Source: an uncultured Phycisphaerales bacterium (lineage in GTDB: Bacteria; Planctomycetota; Phycisphaerae; Tepidisphaerales; Tepidisphaeraceae). Taken from it: a stretch of 64,000 bases of DNA. Within the stretch, counting starts at the first letter, position 1. The number at the start of each line of letters is the position of its first letter. A model generated the notes under the pieces. That model was not told the origin of the DNA, made no database searches, and saw only the letters and a program-made list of their open reading frames with translations. Where the stretch lies: contig CAVWVQ010000003.1 in the NCBI GenBank assembly GCA_963758525.1, positions 1,376,001-1,440,000 on the forward strand, given 5' to 3'. A program made the translations under genes and the position numbers. This document shows, one piece after another, positions 14,560-25,816 of this stretch.

Positions 14560-17216
14560 ATGTCGTTCACGAGAAGTAGCAAGCCGGCCGATGGCTCGGG
14601 TGTGAGTCGAAAAAGGCATCGCCGACACGAAGTCGAATCGCTGGAGTGCCGACGGCTGTTGACGGCGCTGTTGGTCACCACGGCCGACGACTCCATGGGT
14701 CACGCGGGCGAATCGTTGCGTGATGCAATTGCGACGGCCAACGCCGACGCGATTGGCGGAACATCCGATGTGATCACGTTCGATCCAAATCTCAACGGCG
14801 ATACGATCGCGCTCAAACAGGGACAACTGGAACTAGGCACCAACGGCGCCGGCAGCGGCGTCATCACCATCGACGGAGGAAATGGGATCAGCGTTACTGG
14901 CAGCGGCACCAGTCGCGTCCTCCAGGTTGACTCGAACCTCAGCGCGATCTTCGCCGGCCTGACGATCACTGGAGGCAGCGTTTCCGGCGATTCGTCCGCC
15001 GGGGGCATCTATAACCTCGGCACGCTTACGGTCAGCAACTGCACCATCTCGGGAAACTCGGCGGGCATCGCCGGCGGCGGCATTGATAACGAAGGCACGC
15101 TGACGGTGAGCGGCTCCACCATCTCCGGGAACTCGGCCGAGAGCACCGGCGGCGGAATCTCCGGCAGCGGAATCATCACTGTCACCCACTCCACCTTCGC
15201 CGGCAACTCGGTGGCCGGCGGTGATGGCGGCGGCATCTTCAGCTATTACATGTTAACCGTCAGCGGCTCGACCTTCTCCAAAAACTCCGCCGGACAAGGC
15301 GGCGGGATTTCCGCCCTCGGATCGGTCACGATCAGCGACTCGACGTTTTCCGGAAACTCGGCTGCCAACAACAGCGGCGGCGGCATATACGGCGGCAGCT
15401 ACAGCACGCTGACCGTCAGTGACTCCACGTTCTCCGGCAACAAAGCCGATCAGGGCGGCGGCATCGCCATCAACAATACCGCCATGCCGACATTGTTCGG
15501 CACGATCGCAGCCGGCAACACCGCTGACTCGGAATCGGACGGCCCGGATGTTTTTGGCGCCCCGCAGAGCGGAAGCACCTACAACCTCATCGGCGACGGC
15601 ACCGCCATGACCGGCATCAGCAATGGAACCGGTGGCAATCTGATCGGTACCAGCGCTGCTCCCATCGTCCCCGGACTTTTGCCGCTGGCCTACAACGCCG
15701 GTCCGACCGAGACGATGGCGTTGACCGCCAGCAGTCGCGCCCGCAACGCCGGCGGCCCGGTGACGACCCTCAGCACCGTCGCCGACATGACCACAACGAG
15801 TCTGTCAGTCGACCTCGCGGCCGCCATCGCAAGTACGCCTGGCCAATACCTCATTCAAGTCGACAGCGAACAAATGCTCGTCACTGACATCAGCGGCAAC
15901 ACGCTGACCGTCTTGCGAGGATACGACGGCACAATTGCCGCGGCCCACGCAGCGGGCGCGTCCGTTTACCTCGCCACCGACCAGACCGGTGCACCCCGCG
16001 CAGTGCCGCCCGACATCGGCGCATTTCAGTATCGCCCTGGCACCGCCACAAAGCTCACCAAGAATACCACCACGTCCGTCGTGTTCGGCCAAGCTGTTAC
16101 CTTCACAGCTACGGTGGCTCCACCGGTCGCCAGCTCACCACCCCCGACGGGAATGGTCACATTCGAGAACGGCTCGGCCGTGATCGGCATCGCCGCGCTA
16201 AGCGGCGGCGTCGCGACGTTCTCCATCAGCTCTCTCGCGCCGGCGGTCTATTCAATTCATGCGGTTTACGCCGGAAGCAATAACTACCTTGCCAGTGGCT
16301 CCAGTTCGCTTCAACAGACGGTCCGCCCTGCGGCAACCGACACAAAGCTGACGAAGAACACGTCCACTCCAATTCAATATGGTCAGAGTGTGACGTTCAC
16401 CGCCGCAGTGACCCCGGTGATGCCGGGCGCGGGAACGCCAACCGGCGTCGTCACGTTCAAGGACAATGGAGCAACAATCGGAACCGGCTCCATCGGCCAG
16501 GGCATTGCGACCTTTAGCACGACTTCGCTTCCCGTTGGCAGCAATTTGATCACTTCGGTCTACGGGTCAGATAGCAATTTCAACTCCAGCACTTCTGGCG
16601 GGCTCACTCAGACAGTCGACAAAGCTGCCACGGCCACGAAGCTGACCAAGAGCAGCACCACCGTCCTGAAGTTTGGCCAAAGCGTCACCTTCACCGCCGC
16701 AGTGGCCGCATTAAATCCCGTCGCGGGAACGCCGACCGGCACCGTGACGTTCGTCGACAACGGAGCGACGATAGGCACAGGAACGCTCAGCGGCGGCGGC
16801 GCGACTTTTTCGACCCGTTCACTGTCCGTCGGCAGCCATTCGATCACAGCCATCTATGGCAGCGACTCCAACTTCACAACCAGCACGTCGAGCGCGATCA
16901 CCCAGACGGTGAATCAGTCGGCGACGACAACAAAGTTGGCCAAGAGCACGACAACTGCCGTCAAGTCTGGAACGAGCGTTACCTTTACGGCCACTCTCGC
17001 GGCGGTCAGCCCGGCGCGGGAATACCGACCGGCTCGGTGAAGTTCATGGACAATGGCATGCTGCTGGCCACTCAAACGCTCAACGCCAGCGGCGTGGCTC
17101 TCTTCACGACCACGACGCTGCCGGTGGGAAGCAATTCGATCACCGCCATTTATGGAGGCGACGTCGACTTCTCCACCAGTACCTCTGGCGCGGTGACGCA
17201 GACTGTCACGTCATAA
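14560..17216 (+). CDS. Secreted beta-helix (GGGI repeats) plus four Big_3-type Ig-like domains; apparent frameshift near 17012
   Basis: ESLECRRLL (LEPR-XLL-like), SLRDAI, GGGI repeats, DIGAFQ, repeated GQSVTFTA...PTGxVTF; fourth Ig domain completes in the shifted frame at TAA 17216. Confidence 0.85.
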
Positions 17217-17339
17217 AAAAGGAAGCCGTTTCATTCAGAGCCGGCGGCTCATGGTCAAGGGCGACGAATCTATGAAGATGGCGTGCCGGCGTCAGCGAAT
17301 CACTTGGCTTGCCTTTCTCGAACGCAGCCGCAGGGGCAA

Positions 17340-18560
17340 TCAGTTTGCCGCTTGCGCGAGCTGCAGCCCGTGCTGGTCGGCGGAATCGGCGCGCACGATC
17401 TGGCCGACGGTTCCGGAAGTTCCGACGCTCTGAATTGCCATCACGCGGTTGTCGGCGGTGCCGGCGAAGATGATGCCGTCCTTGTTGTTGATCGCCCAGG
17501 CGGAAAAATAGTTCTGCTTGGAGACGAAAGCGCGCGTGCCGGTGGTCTTGTCGATGGCCGCGATGCTTTGATCGTTGCGCGCGACGTAGACGTACGCGTT
17601 GTCCTCGGCCAGGAATTGCGTGGCGTCGGCGGCGATCCATCGTGGCTGGCGGTCATATTGCGGGCCCTTGCCGGCTTCGACGACGGGCGCGGCCTTATCC
17701 AGCGCGACCAGGCCGACCCCGGGGACCGATTCCAGAACCAGATCCTTCGTCAGCGCCGGCGTGGCTTTGAGCCCGACGCCGGCGAAGTATTGCCATTTCA
17801 CTTTTCCGGTCGTGCGGTTGAGGCAATAGAGTTTGCTGTCGTACGAGGCGACGTACAAACCGTTCTCATCGATCTGCAGATCGCCGTAGATGGGACCGTT
17901 GGTTTGGAAAAATCCGAAGCCCCAGGCCGGCTCGCGATTTTCAACCGACACCGCGGCCACCCGTCCGTCCTCGCCGGCGGCGTAGACAACGTCGCTGAGG
18001 ACCACCGGCGTCGAGGAAGCCGAAACGGAAGGGAACATCAGGCTCCAGCGGACGGGGACGAATTCATGCGTTATGTCCAGACAGACCAGCCGTCCGCCGC
18101 CGGCGAAATCCGCGCACAGGAACAGTTCACCCTTGTACCCGACCGCGCCCGATCGGACCGCGAACGGAAGAGGCGCCGTGCGCACAAACAGGCCGCTCCT
18201 GCGATCGTATATCTGCAGGGCATTGAGAGAGGTGTAGATGATGATGTCTTTCATCAGGACCGGCGGATGCAGGGTGGCGATCCCGCCGGGGATGGGATCG
18301 GCGTGCAGCAGCCTGCCGGTCTCGCGACTGATCACATACGATGTCCCGTTGGCAGCGTAGGCGAAGATGAGATCTTCCCGCACGTAGACTTGCAGGATGC
18401 CTCCGGCATTAGCATCAACGTTGGCCGTCCACTTCTTCATGAACGTGTTGAGCGGAAGCGCCGCCGGGCCGGCCTCCACCAGCGGGGGAGGCGCTTTGGC
18501 GCCGCAGCCGGCGGTCAGCGCGGCAAAAAACAGCGAGAAGATCAGTAGGTGCTTTCCCAA
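17340..18560 (-). CDS. PQQ-like beta-propeller lipoprotein (BamB-like)
   Basis: LTAGC lipobox; LYVASYDSKLYCLNRTTGKVKWQY propeller repeat. Confidence 0.75.
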   Translation of the reverse strand: MGKHLLIFSLFFAALTAGCGAKAPPPLVEAGPAALPLNTFMKKWTANVDANAGGILQVYVREDLIFAYAANGTSYVISRETGRLLHADPIPGGIATLHPPVLMKDIIIYTSLNALQIYDRRSGLFVRTAPLPFAVRSGAVGYKGELFLCADFAGGGRLVCLDITHEFVPVRWSLMFPSVSASSTPVVLSDVVYAAGEDGRVAAVSVENREPAWGFGFFQTNGPIYGDLQIDENGLYVASYDSKLYCLNRTTGKVKWQYFAGVGLKATPALTKDLVLESVPGVGLVALDKAAPVVEAGKGPQYDRQPRWIAADATQFLAEDNAYVYVARNDQSIAAIDKTTGTRAFVSKQNYFSAWAINNKDGIIFAGTADNRVMAIQSVGTSGTVGQIVRADSADQHGLQLAQAAN

Positions 18561-18658
18561 GGTGTGCTCCGAGTAAGGCGCTATGCGGGTTGAACAGGGC
18601 GGGGCGTGCGCGACGTTCCGGGCAAGAAGGAGCAAACTGCGTTTGCACGACTGCAATT

Positions 18659-18682
18659 GCAGGCTGGAAGCCCGCACCACAA
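18659..18682. repeat. REP-like unit GCAGGCTGGAAGCCCGCACCACAA
   Basis: Identical 24-mer at 42016-42039. Confidence 0.75.
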
Positions 18683-18892
18683 CGTGATGCCTGGAAATTC
18701 GCGCACGACCACAGGGTGCAAGGATAGCAATTTCGCTTGTTTACGGTCAAACCTAAGCCGGGAATGGCACAGCCGGCAGTTTCAGCCGAGGTGACGACTT
18801 TTGCACCCAGCAGCCCGATAGCTGCAATATTTCGGCAATTCAGGCGTTTTGACGGCAATTCGACGCATCTACGCTTTGAGCAGGAGAAAAAC

Positions 18893-19585
18893 ATGTCAAT
18901 CGCACGTCTGGCTCAAACGCTTTGCCTGATGACGGTTCTCGGCGGCACGACGGCGCTCGCCCGAGCCGACGACATTCCCGCGCCGGCGACCCAGCCCGCC
19001 AATGACCGCCCTGCTCCGGCGGGCGATCCCGAAACGATCGTTCAGCGACTGCGCGAGCAGCTGTCGGCAATGCAGTTGACCGACGATCAAAAACAGAAGA
19101 TCGACGATGCGATGGGAAAGGCGGAGCAGTCACTCAAAACGCTGGATTCTGACTTGCAGAACGCGACGCAATCGCAGCGCGCGCAGCATCTCCGCGACAT
19201 TTTCGACGCTCTTCGCGAGCAGGTCCGCTCGGTGCTGAGCCCCCAGCAGCAGCAGGAACTTCGCCGCAAAATCAACGGCAGCGTGTCCAATCGCCTGCAG
19301 CGCTTGCGCGATGGGCTGTCGAAAATCGATCTTAGCGCCGATCAAAAGCAGAAAGTGAAAGACCTGCTCGAAGATGCGCGGAGCAAAATCGAAGCCGCCC
19401 GCGCCGGCGCCGCCGATGCGGGCAACGACGGCGCGGAGAAGCTTCGTGAAGCCGGGGCAGAATTGCGAGAGAAGCTCGGGCAGATTCTGACCGACGAACA
19501 GCGGCAGCAGTTGCGGGATTACATGGAGAGCAGCGGCGCGACGACAAGCGGCGCGACAACGCAGCCGCAGCCATCGGCGAAATGA
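18893..19585 (+). CDS. Secreted Spy/CpxP-like (LTxxQ) protein
   Basis: Signal peptide; LTDDQK, LSPQQQ, LSADQK and LTDEQR motifs. Confidence 0.7.
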   Translation: MSIARLAQTLCLMTVLGGTTALARADDIPAPATQPANDRPAPAGDPETIVQRLREQLSAMQLTDDQKQKIDDAMGKAEQSLKTLDSDLQNATQSQRAQHLRDIFDALREQVRSVLSPQQQQELRRKINGSVSNRLQRLRDGLSKIDLSADQKQKVKDLLEDARSKIEAARAGAADAGNDGAEKLREAGAELREKLGQILTDEQRQQLRDYMESSGATTSGATTQPQPSAK

Positions 19586-19601
19586 TAGAATCTCGCGAAG
19601 A

Positions 19602-20543
19602 ATGAACCACGACCAACTCTTCAAGGCACTTCTTACGACGTTTTTCGCGGAGTTCGTACAGGCTTTCTTGCCGGATGCGGCAAAATATATCGAGCCTGAT
19701 TCGATCGAGTTTCTTGACAAGGAGATCTTTACCGACATCGCCTCCTCGGAAAGACATGAAGTCGATCTGATCGTCAGGGTCCGCTTCCGCGGCGGCAAAC
19801 CAGCGTTCTTTCTGATACACGTCGAAAACCAAGCCTCCCCGGAAAAAGAGTTCCCCCGGCGGATGTTCCGATATTTTGCCAGACTGCATGAAAAGTATGG
19901 GCTGCCGGTCTTTCCGGTGGCCATCTTCTCGTTTGACAGACCGCTTCGGCCGGAGCCGGATCGATATCGGGTGGCGTTTCCGGAGTTTCGGGTTCTGGAC
20001 TTCGTCTTCCGGGCGATCCAACTCAATCAGCTCGATTGGCGCGATTTTGTCCGCAAACCCAACCCCGTGGCCAGCGCGTTGATGTCGAAAATGCGCATCG
20101 CACCTGGAGACCGGCCGAGAGTGAAGCTCGAATGCCTGCGGATGCTGGCGACCCTGAAGCTGGACATCGCCAGATCGACACTGATCGGCGCATTCATGGC
20201 AAACTATCTGAAGCTGACGTCAGCCGAGACGGCGGTGTATAATCGCATGCTGCAAACGGTCGCTCCGAAAGAACGAAAGGTAGTCATGCAGTTGACGAAT
20301 GAGTGGATCGAACAAGGAGTCCAAAAGGGCTTGCACCAGGGACGCCAGGAGGGTGCGCGGGATCTGGTTATCCGTCTGCTCAAGAGGCGATTCGGCAACC
20401 TTCCGGCGAAATTGGCCAAGGAGGTCAATCGTCTGGACGATGCCACGATGTTCGAATTGGGCGATGCCCTTTTCGATTTTGAGGAGCCGGCAGACGCGCA
20501 ACGTTGGCTCGCACAACGCAAACCCTCGCTTTCCGCTAAATGA
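19602..20543 (+). CDS. Rpn-family recombination-promoting nuclease/putative transposase with DUF4351-like C-terminus
   Basis: HDQLFKALL, FLDKE, DL...FLIHVENQ, FPRRMFRY, QEG...RLLKRRFG. Confidence 0.85.
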   Translation: MNHDQLFKALLTTFFAEFVQAFLPDAAKYIEPDSIEFLDKEIFTDIASSERHEVDLIVRVRFRGGKPAFFLIHVENQASPEKEFPRRMFRYFARLHEKYGLPVFPVAIFSFDRPLRPEPDRYRVAFPEFRVLDFVFRAIQLNQLDWRDFVRKPNPVASALMSKMRIAPGDRPRVKLECLRMLATLKLDIARSTLIGAFMANYLKLTSAETAVYNRMLQTVAPKERKVVMQLTNEWIEQGVQKGLHQGRQEGARDLVIRLLKRRFGNLPAKLAKEVNRLDDATMFELGDALFDFEEPADAQRWLAQRKPSLSAK

Positions 20544-20584
20544 CGTGCGCGATTACGCGCACGTGCGAGCAGTATGCTGCCCTC

Positions 20585-20637
20585 AGGGCAGCCGCTAAAC
20601 GGTTTTTGGAAGCGCGTAATCGCGCAAGGTCATATAG
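20585..20637 (+). repeat. 53-bp element, left copy of an inverted pair
   Basis: 50/53 identical to the reverse complement of 27264-27316. Confidence 0.85.
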
Positions 20638-21294
20638 TTGAACAATCGCGTGGGTGCGGAAGCCGCGACATCGCGACCGGAAGATCGGCTCGGTCTGAAG
20701 GTCGCGCAGGCGGTCAACGTCTGCTTCACCCGCATTTACCATCGCCTTGAAATTCGTTCGCCACTGAAGCTTCCCCGAACGGGCAACGCGATCATCGTCT
20801 GCAATCACACCAGTGGACTGGACCCCTTGCTGATCCAGTCGGCCAGCCGTCGGCTGATCGTCTGGATGATGGCCAAGGAATACTATGACGTGAAGTGGCT
20901 TCTCCCTTTCTTCAGAATGATCGAGGCGATTCCCGTCGATCGCGGCCGGCCGGACGCGGCGGCAACCCGCGCCGCCCTCAAAGCGTTGGCCGCCGGCCAT
21001 GTTCTGGGCGTATTTCCCGAAGGGAGAATCGAAGCCTCGCGCGAACTGCTTCCGTTCCACACCGGCATTGCGGTGCTGGCGGCACGAAGCGGTGCACCGG
21101 TCTATCCGGCCTATCTCGACGGCACCCAGCGGGGCAAGGAAATGGGAAGGGCATTTGCCGTCGCGAACCGCGCAACGATTCGCTTCGGGCGGCAAATCCC
21201 CCTGGAAAAACATCGCGGGGGCCGCGAGGAGCTGACTGCCATGGCTCGGAAAATTGAGTCGGCAGTGCGAGAATTGAGCCTCGACGCAAAATGA
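20638..21294 (+). CDS. plsC: 1-acyl-sn-glycerol-3-phosphate acyltransferase family
   Basis: NHTSGLDP, IPVDR, VFPEG. Confidence 0.85.
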   Translation: MNNRVGAEAATSRPEDRLGLKVAQAVNVCFTRIYHRLEIRSPLKLPRTGNAIIVCNHTSGLDPLLIQSASRRLIVWMMAKEYYDVKWLLPFFRMIEAIPVDRGRPDAAATRAALKALAAGHVLGVFPEGRIEASRELLPFHTGIAVLAARSGAPVYPAYLDGTQRGKEMGRAFAVANRATIRFGRQIPLEKHRGGREELTAMARKIESAVRELSLDAK

Positions 21295-21442
21295 ATCCGC
21301 AAGTCCAGTTTGAATGGCGCCGCTTGGCGCTTATTTTCGCTGCAGTTTTCGCGTTCTAATACCCGATGCATTGAGCAAGAGCGTTACAGTCGGAAAAGTT
21401 TATAAATCTTGACTCCGACCTGACCTTTCGTAGAATTGCTGA

Positions 21443-21529
21443 GTCAGTTGATCTGAAATTGAAGCGCCACGGCGCATTTTCTCCCCTCCGGAAGACACCG
21501 ACCCTTTGAAAGGCGGTGTCTTCTTTTTT
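21443..21529 (+). ncRNA. Candidate ~85-90 nt small RNA
   Basis: TTGACT-16-TAGAAT promoter (21409-21436), no ORF, ends in an intrinsic terminator. Confidence 0.5.
21491..21529 (+). terminator. Rho-independent terminator
   Basis: GAAGACACCG...CGGTGTCTTC stem followed by T6. Confidence 0.8.
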
Positions 21530-21669
21530 CTGCAACGCGGACTGTTATCGGACCTGGCTGACACCCTCGCTTGCCCGCCGGCGTGATCGCGCGTCGTCGA
21601 AGCGCGCAATCGCTCCGCTGCCCATCGCGGCTCCCGCCCCGGAGAAACGCGCTTTACTATTAATGACGC

Positions 21670-22011
21670 TTACCCCGGAGGCCAGGTGAACGGGCGTCCG
21701 CCCAGAACATGCAGATGGATGTGAAAGACAGTCTGCTGTGCACCGCGCCCGCAGTTAAAGACGGTTCGATAGTCGCTGTGACCCAAGCGCTTCATGAGCT
21801 TGCCAGTCAGCAGAAACATCCCGCCGACCAGATCGGCATCGGCCGGTTCGAGGTCGTTGAGGGTGGCGATCTGCTTTTTTGGAATTACCAGCAGGTGCAC
21901 TGGCGCCTGCGGGCTGATGTCGTGGATCGCAATGTAGCGATCATCCTCGTGCTCGATGCGGGCTGGGATCTGGCGGGCGATGATCTTCGAGAACAGGGAT
22001 TCCTCAGCCAT
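21670..22011 (-). CDS. hit: HIT family (HinT-like) nucleotide-binding protein
   Basis: LFSKII, DISPQAPVHLLVIPK, QTVFHIHLHVLGGR. Confidence 0.93.
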   Translation of the reverse strand: MAEESLFSKIIARQIPARIEHEDDRYIAIHDISPQAPVHLLVIPKKQIATLNDLEPADADLVGGMFLLTGKLMKRLGHSDYRTVFNCGRGAQQTVFHIHLHVLGGRPFTWPPG

Positions 22012-22089
22012 GCCGGAGTTCTCGCGCATGCGACAGGGGTTGTCAACCGCGCGCTTGTGTTCAGCGACATGGTTTCTACACTCCCGGCG

Positions 22090-22887
22090 GTGCCGATTGA
22101 CCTGACGACATTTGACGCGGTTCTGCTCGACCTGGACGGAACCGTTTATCACGAGGAGCATGCACTGCCCGGCGCCGTTGATTTGATTCACCGGCTGCAG
22201 CGGCAGGGCAAGCCGTACGCGTGCCTCACCAACAGCACCAGCAGCCCGGAGCGGATCGTCGCGCGGCTGTCGCGAATGGACATCGACGTGGACGCCGCTC
22301 ACGTCTATACAGCTGCCGCGGCCGCGGCGGACTATGTCGTGCAACGATTCAGCGCGGGCGGACAACGGTCCAGGGTCTTTAATCTGTCGACGGAAGGCGT
22401 TCACGAGATGCTTGATGGCCGGGTGCGGTGGATCAATGGCGCCCAGGAGGCGTGTGATGCGGTGATCTGCGGCGTGCCACTCAATGTTTTTGCCACGACC
22501 GAGCGGCAGCGGACGGCGATGCTTTTGCTGCGGGCAGGAGCCGCGCTGGTGGCGATCTGTGCCGACCGCGTCTACCCCAGCCCGCGCGGGCTGGAGTTTG
22601 GCGTCGGCGCCATGGCGGCGATGCTCGCCTATGCGTCTGGCGCAACTCCCATCGACTGCGGAAAGCCGCAGCCGCTCTTTTTCCACGAGCTGTGCAACCG
22701 TCTGGGCGTGGAGCCGCAGCGATGCGTGCTGATCGGCGACAACCTCGAGAGCGACATCGCCGGCGGCAAGAGTGTTGCGATGAAGACGGTGCTGACGCTG
22801 GGCGGAGTCAGTTCGCGGCAGGATGCTGAGGCGCTGCCGCCAGAACGGCGGCCGGACTGGATCATCAACGATCTGCGCGATCTCTAA
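22090..22887 (+). CDS. HAD-IIA hydrolase (NagD-like); start may be 22069
   Basis: DLDGT, LTNS, GKP, IGDNLESDI. Confidence 0.9.
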   Translation: MPIDLTTFDAVLLDLDGTVYHEEHALPGAVDLIHRLQRQGKPYACLTNSTSSPERIVARLSRMDIDVDAAHVYTAAAAAADYVVQRFSAGGQRSRVFNLSTEGVHEMLDGRVRWINGAQEACDAVICGVPLNVFATTERQRTAMLLLRAGAALVAICADRVYPSPRGLEFGVGAMAAMLAYASGATPIDCGKPQPLFFHELCNRLGVEPQRCVLIGDNLESDIAGGKSVAMKTVLTLGGVSSRQDAEALPPERRPDWIINDLRDL

Positions 22888-22899
22888 ATGAACCTGACG

Positions 22900-25512
22900 C
22901 TACTGGTCCGGCTGACCGTTATAGACCCACAGGAGCAGATTTTTGATCAGGGCCTCGGCGTAGACATGATGATACCCCTTGATGCCCAGCGTGCTGGTGC
23001 CCAGCAGCGCGTTGGTCAAATCCAGCGGCGTGTAAATGATATGGCCCCGCCCAAAGCTGATCATTTCCGGCATCTCCGGCGTCTCCGCCATATCACGTCC
23101 GACCGGCTCGGTCAGCCGATCCATGCAGGGGCCGATCCCGTTCACCAGCGGATGAGTCGCGGGGATCGGCGCCGCTTGGGCATCTGGGATGAGCACACTG
23201 AGCAGACCGCTTTGCGATGATGCAAAATCGGGATTGCCGCCGCAGGAGTCGATCAGCAGCACGCCGCCGCTTCGAACGTAATTACGGATGGCATTTAATT
23301 CATCGTAAGAGAATTGGTGTGCATCCGTTCCCGTGAGATCCGCGATTGGATTGCGCTCCGCGTTCAGATCTTTGATGTCGACTGATTGCACGTTCGCCGC
23401 AAAGGACGTTTTCCACTGAAAGCCGCGGGCGAACCGCGTCCAGGCATAGGGCTCGGGGTCCCAGTTGCCCGAGTATCGAAGCCGGGCGACATTGATGGTC
23501 ACGTCGGGCTTGGCCGTGGGCGCTGGCACGTAAGTCGTGTCCAGCCGATTGTGAAAATCGCGTTTGCCGGCGGCATAGAGAAAAATGTTCAGCCCGAGCT
23601 GATAGGCCGGCTCTACCTTCTGCCAGTCGTGAACGTCCCAGGCCCGCGCCACGTCGCGCGGCGAGTTGACCATCAACAGGCGCGCACCGTTGCTCACGCC
23701 CTTCAAGGGAGGCGGCGCATCCAGCTTGAATAGCGCGTGATACAGCGGGTGATCCGGCGGAAGATCCTGGTATGGATATTCGGGGAAAAGCCTTTGCGCC
23801 AACTTTTCGGCAAAGGCGTTGAACGTCTGCGAATTGCCGTCGGCGTGCGTAAAGAGCAGGCCCCCGGCTCGCACGAAGTTGCGGAGCTGATCGCACTGGT
23901 CGCCCGAGATGAACGGTGCCCATGCGGCGGCGAGATACAGCACGGGCGATTCGGTCCACGCACGCCAATTCGTTGCGATCGGGACGAGTTGGGCGTTGAA
24001 GGTATGCTCGAGTTCGCGCGTGGCGTATCGCGCGAGGTTCGAGATGTCCCTCGGATGATCGAGCACGACGCCGTCGATGGTCAGCTTATTGAACAGCACC
24101 GGATGACGGCCGCGCGCCAGGAAGAGGAGCGTCAACGAGGTGTCGATCGGATCGCCGAAGGAGCCGTCCTTTTGTTGCCCCGCCAGTTGCGGCAGCGCCA
24201 GTTCGGTGTACCAGTCATGCTTGCCGAAGAATTTGTATCCGGACGCCAGCCCGGCGCGGGCGACGCCGTAGAGCGTATACGTGCCGAAGTGGGCATCATT
24301 GGGCAGGGCCATGATGTGATCCCCGTCATTCATCCAGGCGAGCGCCTTGATCAGCGCCATCGAGCGTGAATCAACACCGATGGTCGCGGATGGCGCGAGG
24401 CAATCATGCACGATGCACAGCGACGCGACCCCGGCCGCCGTCATCGAAAGCGTGCCGGGACGCCCCTGCTGATACCCGAAGCTGCCATCGGCGCTTTGAC
24501 AGTTCAGCCAATGCTTCTGAACGGCAAACCAGTATGAGTTGGGGATGGAAACTCCCACCTCGTTCCCCGCCCAGACGCCCAGCAGACCGTACTGAGAGTT
24601 GGAGTTGTCCCAGTTCAGGCTTTGCGTCGGGGGCCCGGGCGCGGGCATGCCATAGGTGTACGCTCCTTCACGACTGGCGCTCTGAAGCCACTGCACGTCC
24701 CGCACCAACACGGCGCGGTCGACCGACCGATCGATCAGCGCCAGGGCGTTGGCCCGCAGCGAGCGCCCGTACGTCTCGCTCCGCGGATCCATGATCTGTC
24801 GCTTCATCGCATCAATCGCCGGCCCCATGAAGTCGGATCGCGGAGTCAACTCCGGATCAGTAATCGCGTCATTGCATTGCAACAGCGCGTAGGCGCACAG
24901 CGCGTCTTCAGCGGTCTGATACGCGGGATCACCTTTGACCAGATGCGTTTTGGGATCGTACGCACTCATCAGAAAATGAGCCCCGCGGCTAATGGCGTCG
25001 CCGACCTGCTTGTCGTCGAGCGAGTTCATTTGGCCTGGCAATGGATGCGGCACCGGACGGATGACAACGATCGGCTTGGAAGTTGGGGCGGTCGTTGCAA
25101 CCGCCGGCTGGGTGAGCGGATGGACCGGAGGAGGCGGCGGTGGCGCCACAACGACCGGCAAAGATGCCGGCGGCGTCACGCTGTTTTGTGTTTCAGGGGA
25201 GTTGTCTTCCGGTGTGACTTCCACCGGGGCCGATGCGTGCTTTGCAGAGCCCGTGGTTTGAAAGTGCAGCACGCCCCAGAACCCGACAAAAAGCACGAGC
25301 AGCACAATCGAGCTGATGATGATGCTCTTGGGCGTGGAGAAGCGGTCGATCAGGCGCTCAAAAAAATTCTTCGGCGCCCATGCCTGCTCCGAAAGTTTGC
25401 CCTCCAGCACAAAGTATGCGCCGCAGTTTTCGCAATACGCGCCGACGACGCCCAGCCCCACGGAGTTGACCGTATCGCAGTGCGGACATCGTATTTTGCG
25501 GATGATCCTCAC
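22900..25512 (-). CDS. Membrane-anchored protein with zinc ribbon, prenyltransferase/squalene-cyclase-like barrel and two DUF4159-like domains
   Basis: CPHC/CENC, TM helix, DNSNSQYGLLG, QxxDGSFGY, SMTAAG, duplicated LRNFVxxGG...LPxxHPL. Confidence 0.75.
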   Translation of the reverse strand: MRIIRKIRCPHCDTVNSVGLGVVGAYCENCGAYFVLEGKLSEQAWAPKNFFERLIDRFSTPKSIIISSIVLLVLFVGFWGVLHFQTTGSAKHASAPVEVTPEDNSPETQNSVTPPASLPVVVAPPPPPPVHPLTQPAVATTAPTSKPIVVIRPVPHPLPGQMNSLDDKQVGDAISRGAHFLMSAYDPKTHLVKGDPAYQTAEDALCAYALLQCNDAITDPELTPRSDFMGPAIDAMKRQIMDPRSETYGRSLRANALALIDRSVDRAVLVRDVQWLQSASREGAYTYGMPAPGPPTQSLNWDNSNSQYGLLGVWAGNEVGVSIPNSYWFAVQKHWLNCQSADGSFGYQQGRPGTLSMTAAGVASLCIVHDCLAPSATIGVDSRSMALIKALAWMNDGDHIMALPNDAHFGTYTLYGVARAGLASGYKFFGKHDWYTELALPQLAGQQKDGSFGDPIDTSLTLLFLARGRHPVLFNKLTIDGVVLDHPRDISNLARYATRELEHTFNAQLVPIATNWRAWTESPVLYLAAAWAPFISGDQCDQLRNFVRAGGLLFTHADGNSQTFNAFAEKLAQRLFPEYPYQDLPPDHPLYHALFKLDAPPPLKGVSNGARLLMVNSPRDVARAWDVHDWQKVEPAYQLGLNIFLYAAGKRDFHNRLDTTYVPAPTAKPDVTINVARLRYSGNWDPEPYAWTRFARGFQWKTSFAANVQSVDIKDLNAERNPIADLTGTDAHQFSYDELNAIRNYVRSGGVLLIDSCGGNPDFASSQSGLLSVLIPDAQAAPIPATHPLVNGIGPCMDRLTEPVGRDMAETPEMPEMISFGRGHIIYTPLDLTNALLGTSTLGIKGYHHVYAEALIKNLLLWVYNGQPDQ

Positions 25513-25816
25513 ATGCGCTCCGGCGGACCTCGCCCCTCCGACTGCTCAAAGGGAATGATAACATCCCGGCAACGGCAGATCGCAAAGTCACAGCTATCAT
25601 ATCACCCGCCAGCGCCGTCGGTGCGTTTCAGGGCGCATGACATGGTCCCGGGGATTCCCGGTAGCTGATTCTTCCCCCTCCCCTGGTACTCCGGAAGAGG
25701 GTCGGGGTGGGGGGCGGTTGTTGTGTGCAAGTGTTCCTATCGTGTCTCATCTTCCCCGCTCTGGTCCCCGCGAGGGGCTTCCGAAAGCCGCACGAATCCT
25801 GCGCTTCACGCTTCGC

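Noticed and set aside
21670..22887. Extensive overlap of the HIT and HAD ORFs
   Set aside because: Real starts are at about 22011 and 22069-22090; the extensions are shadow frames
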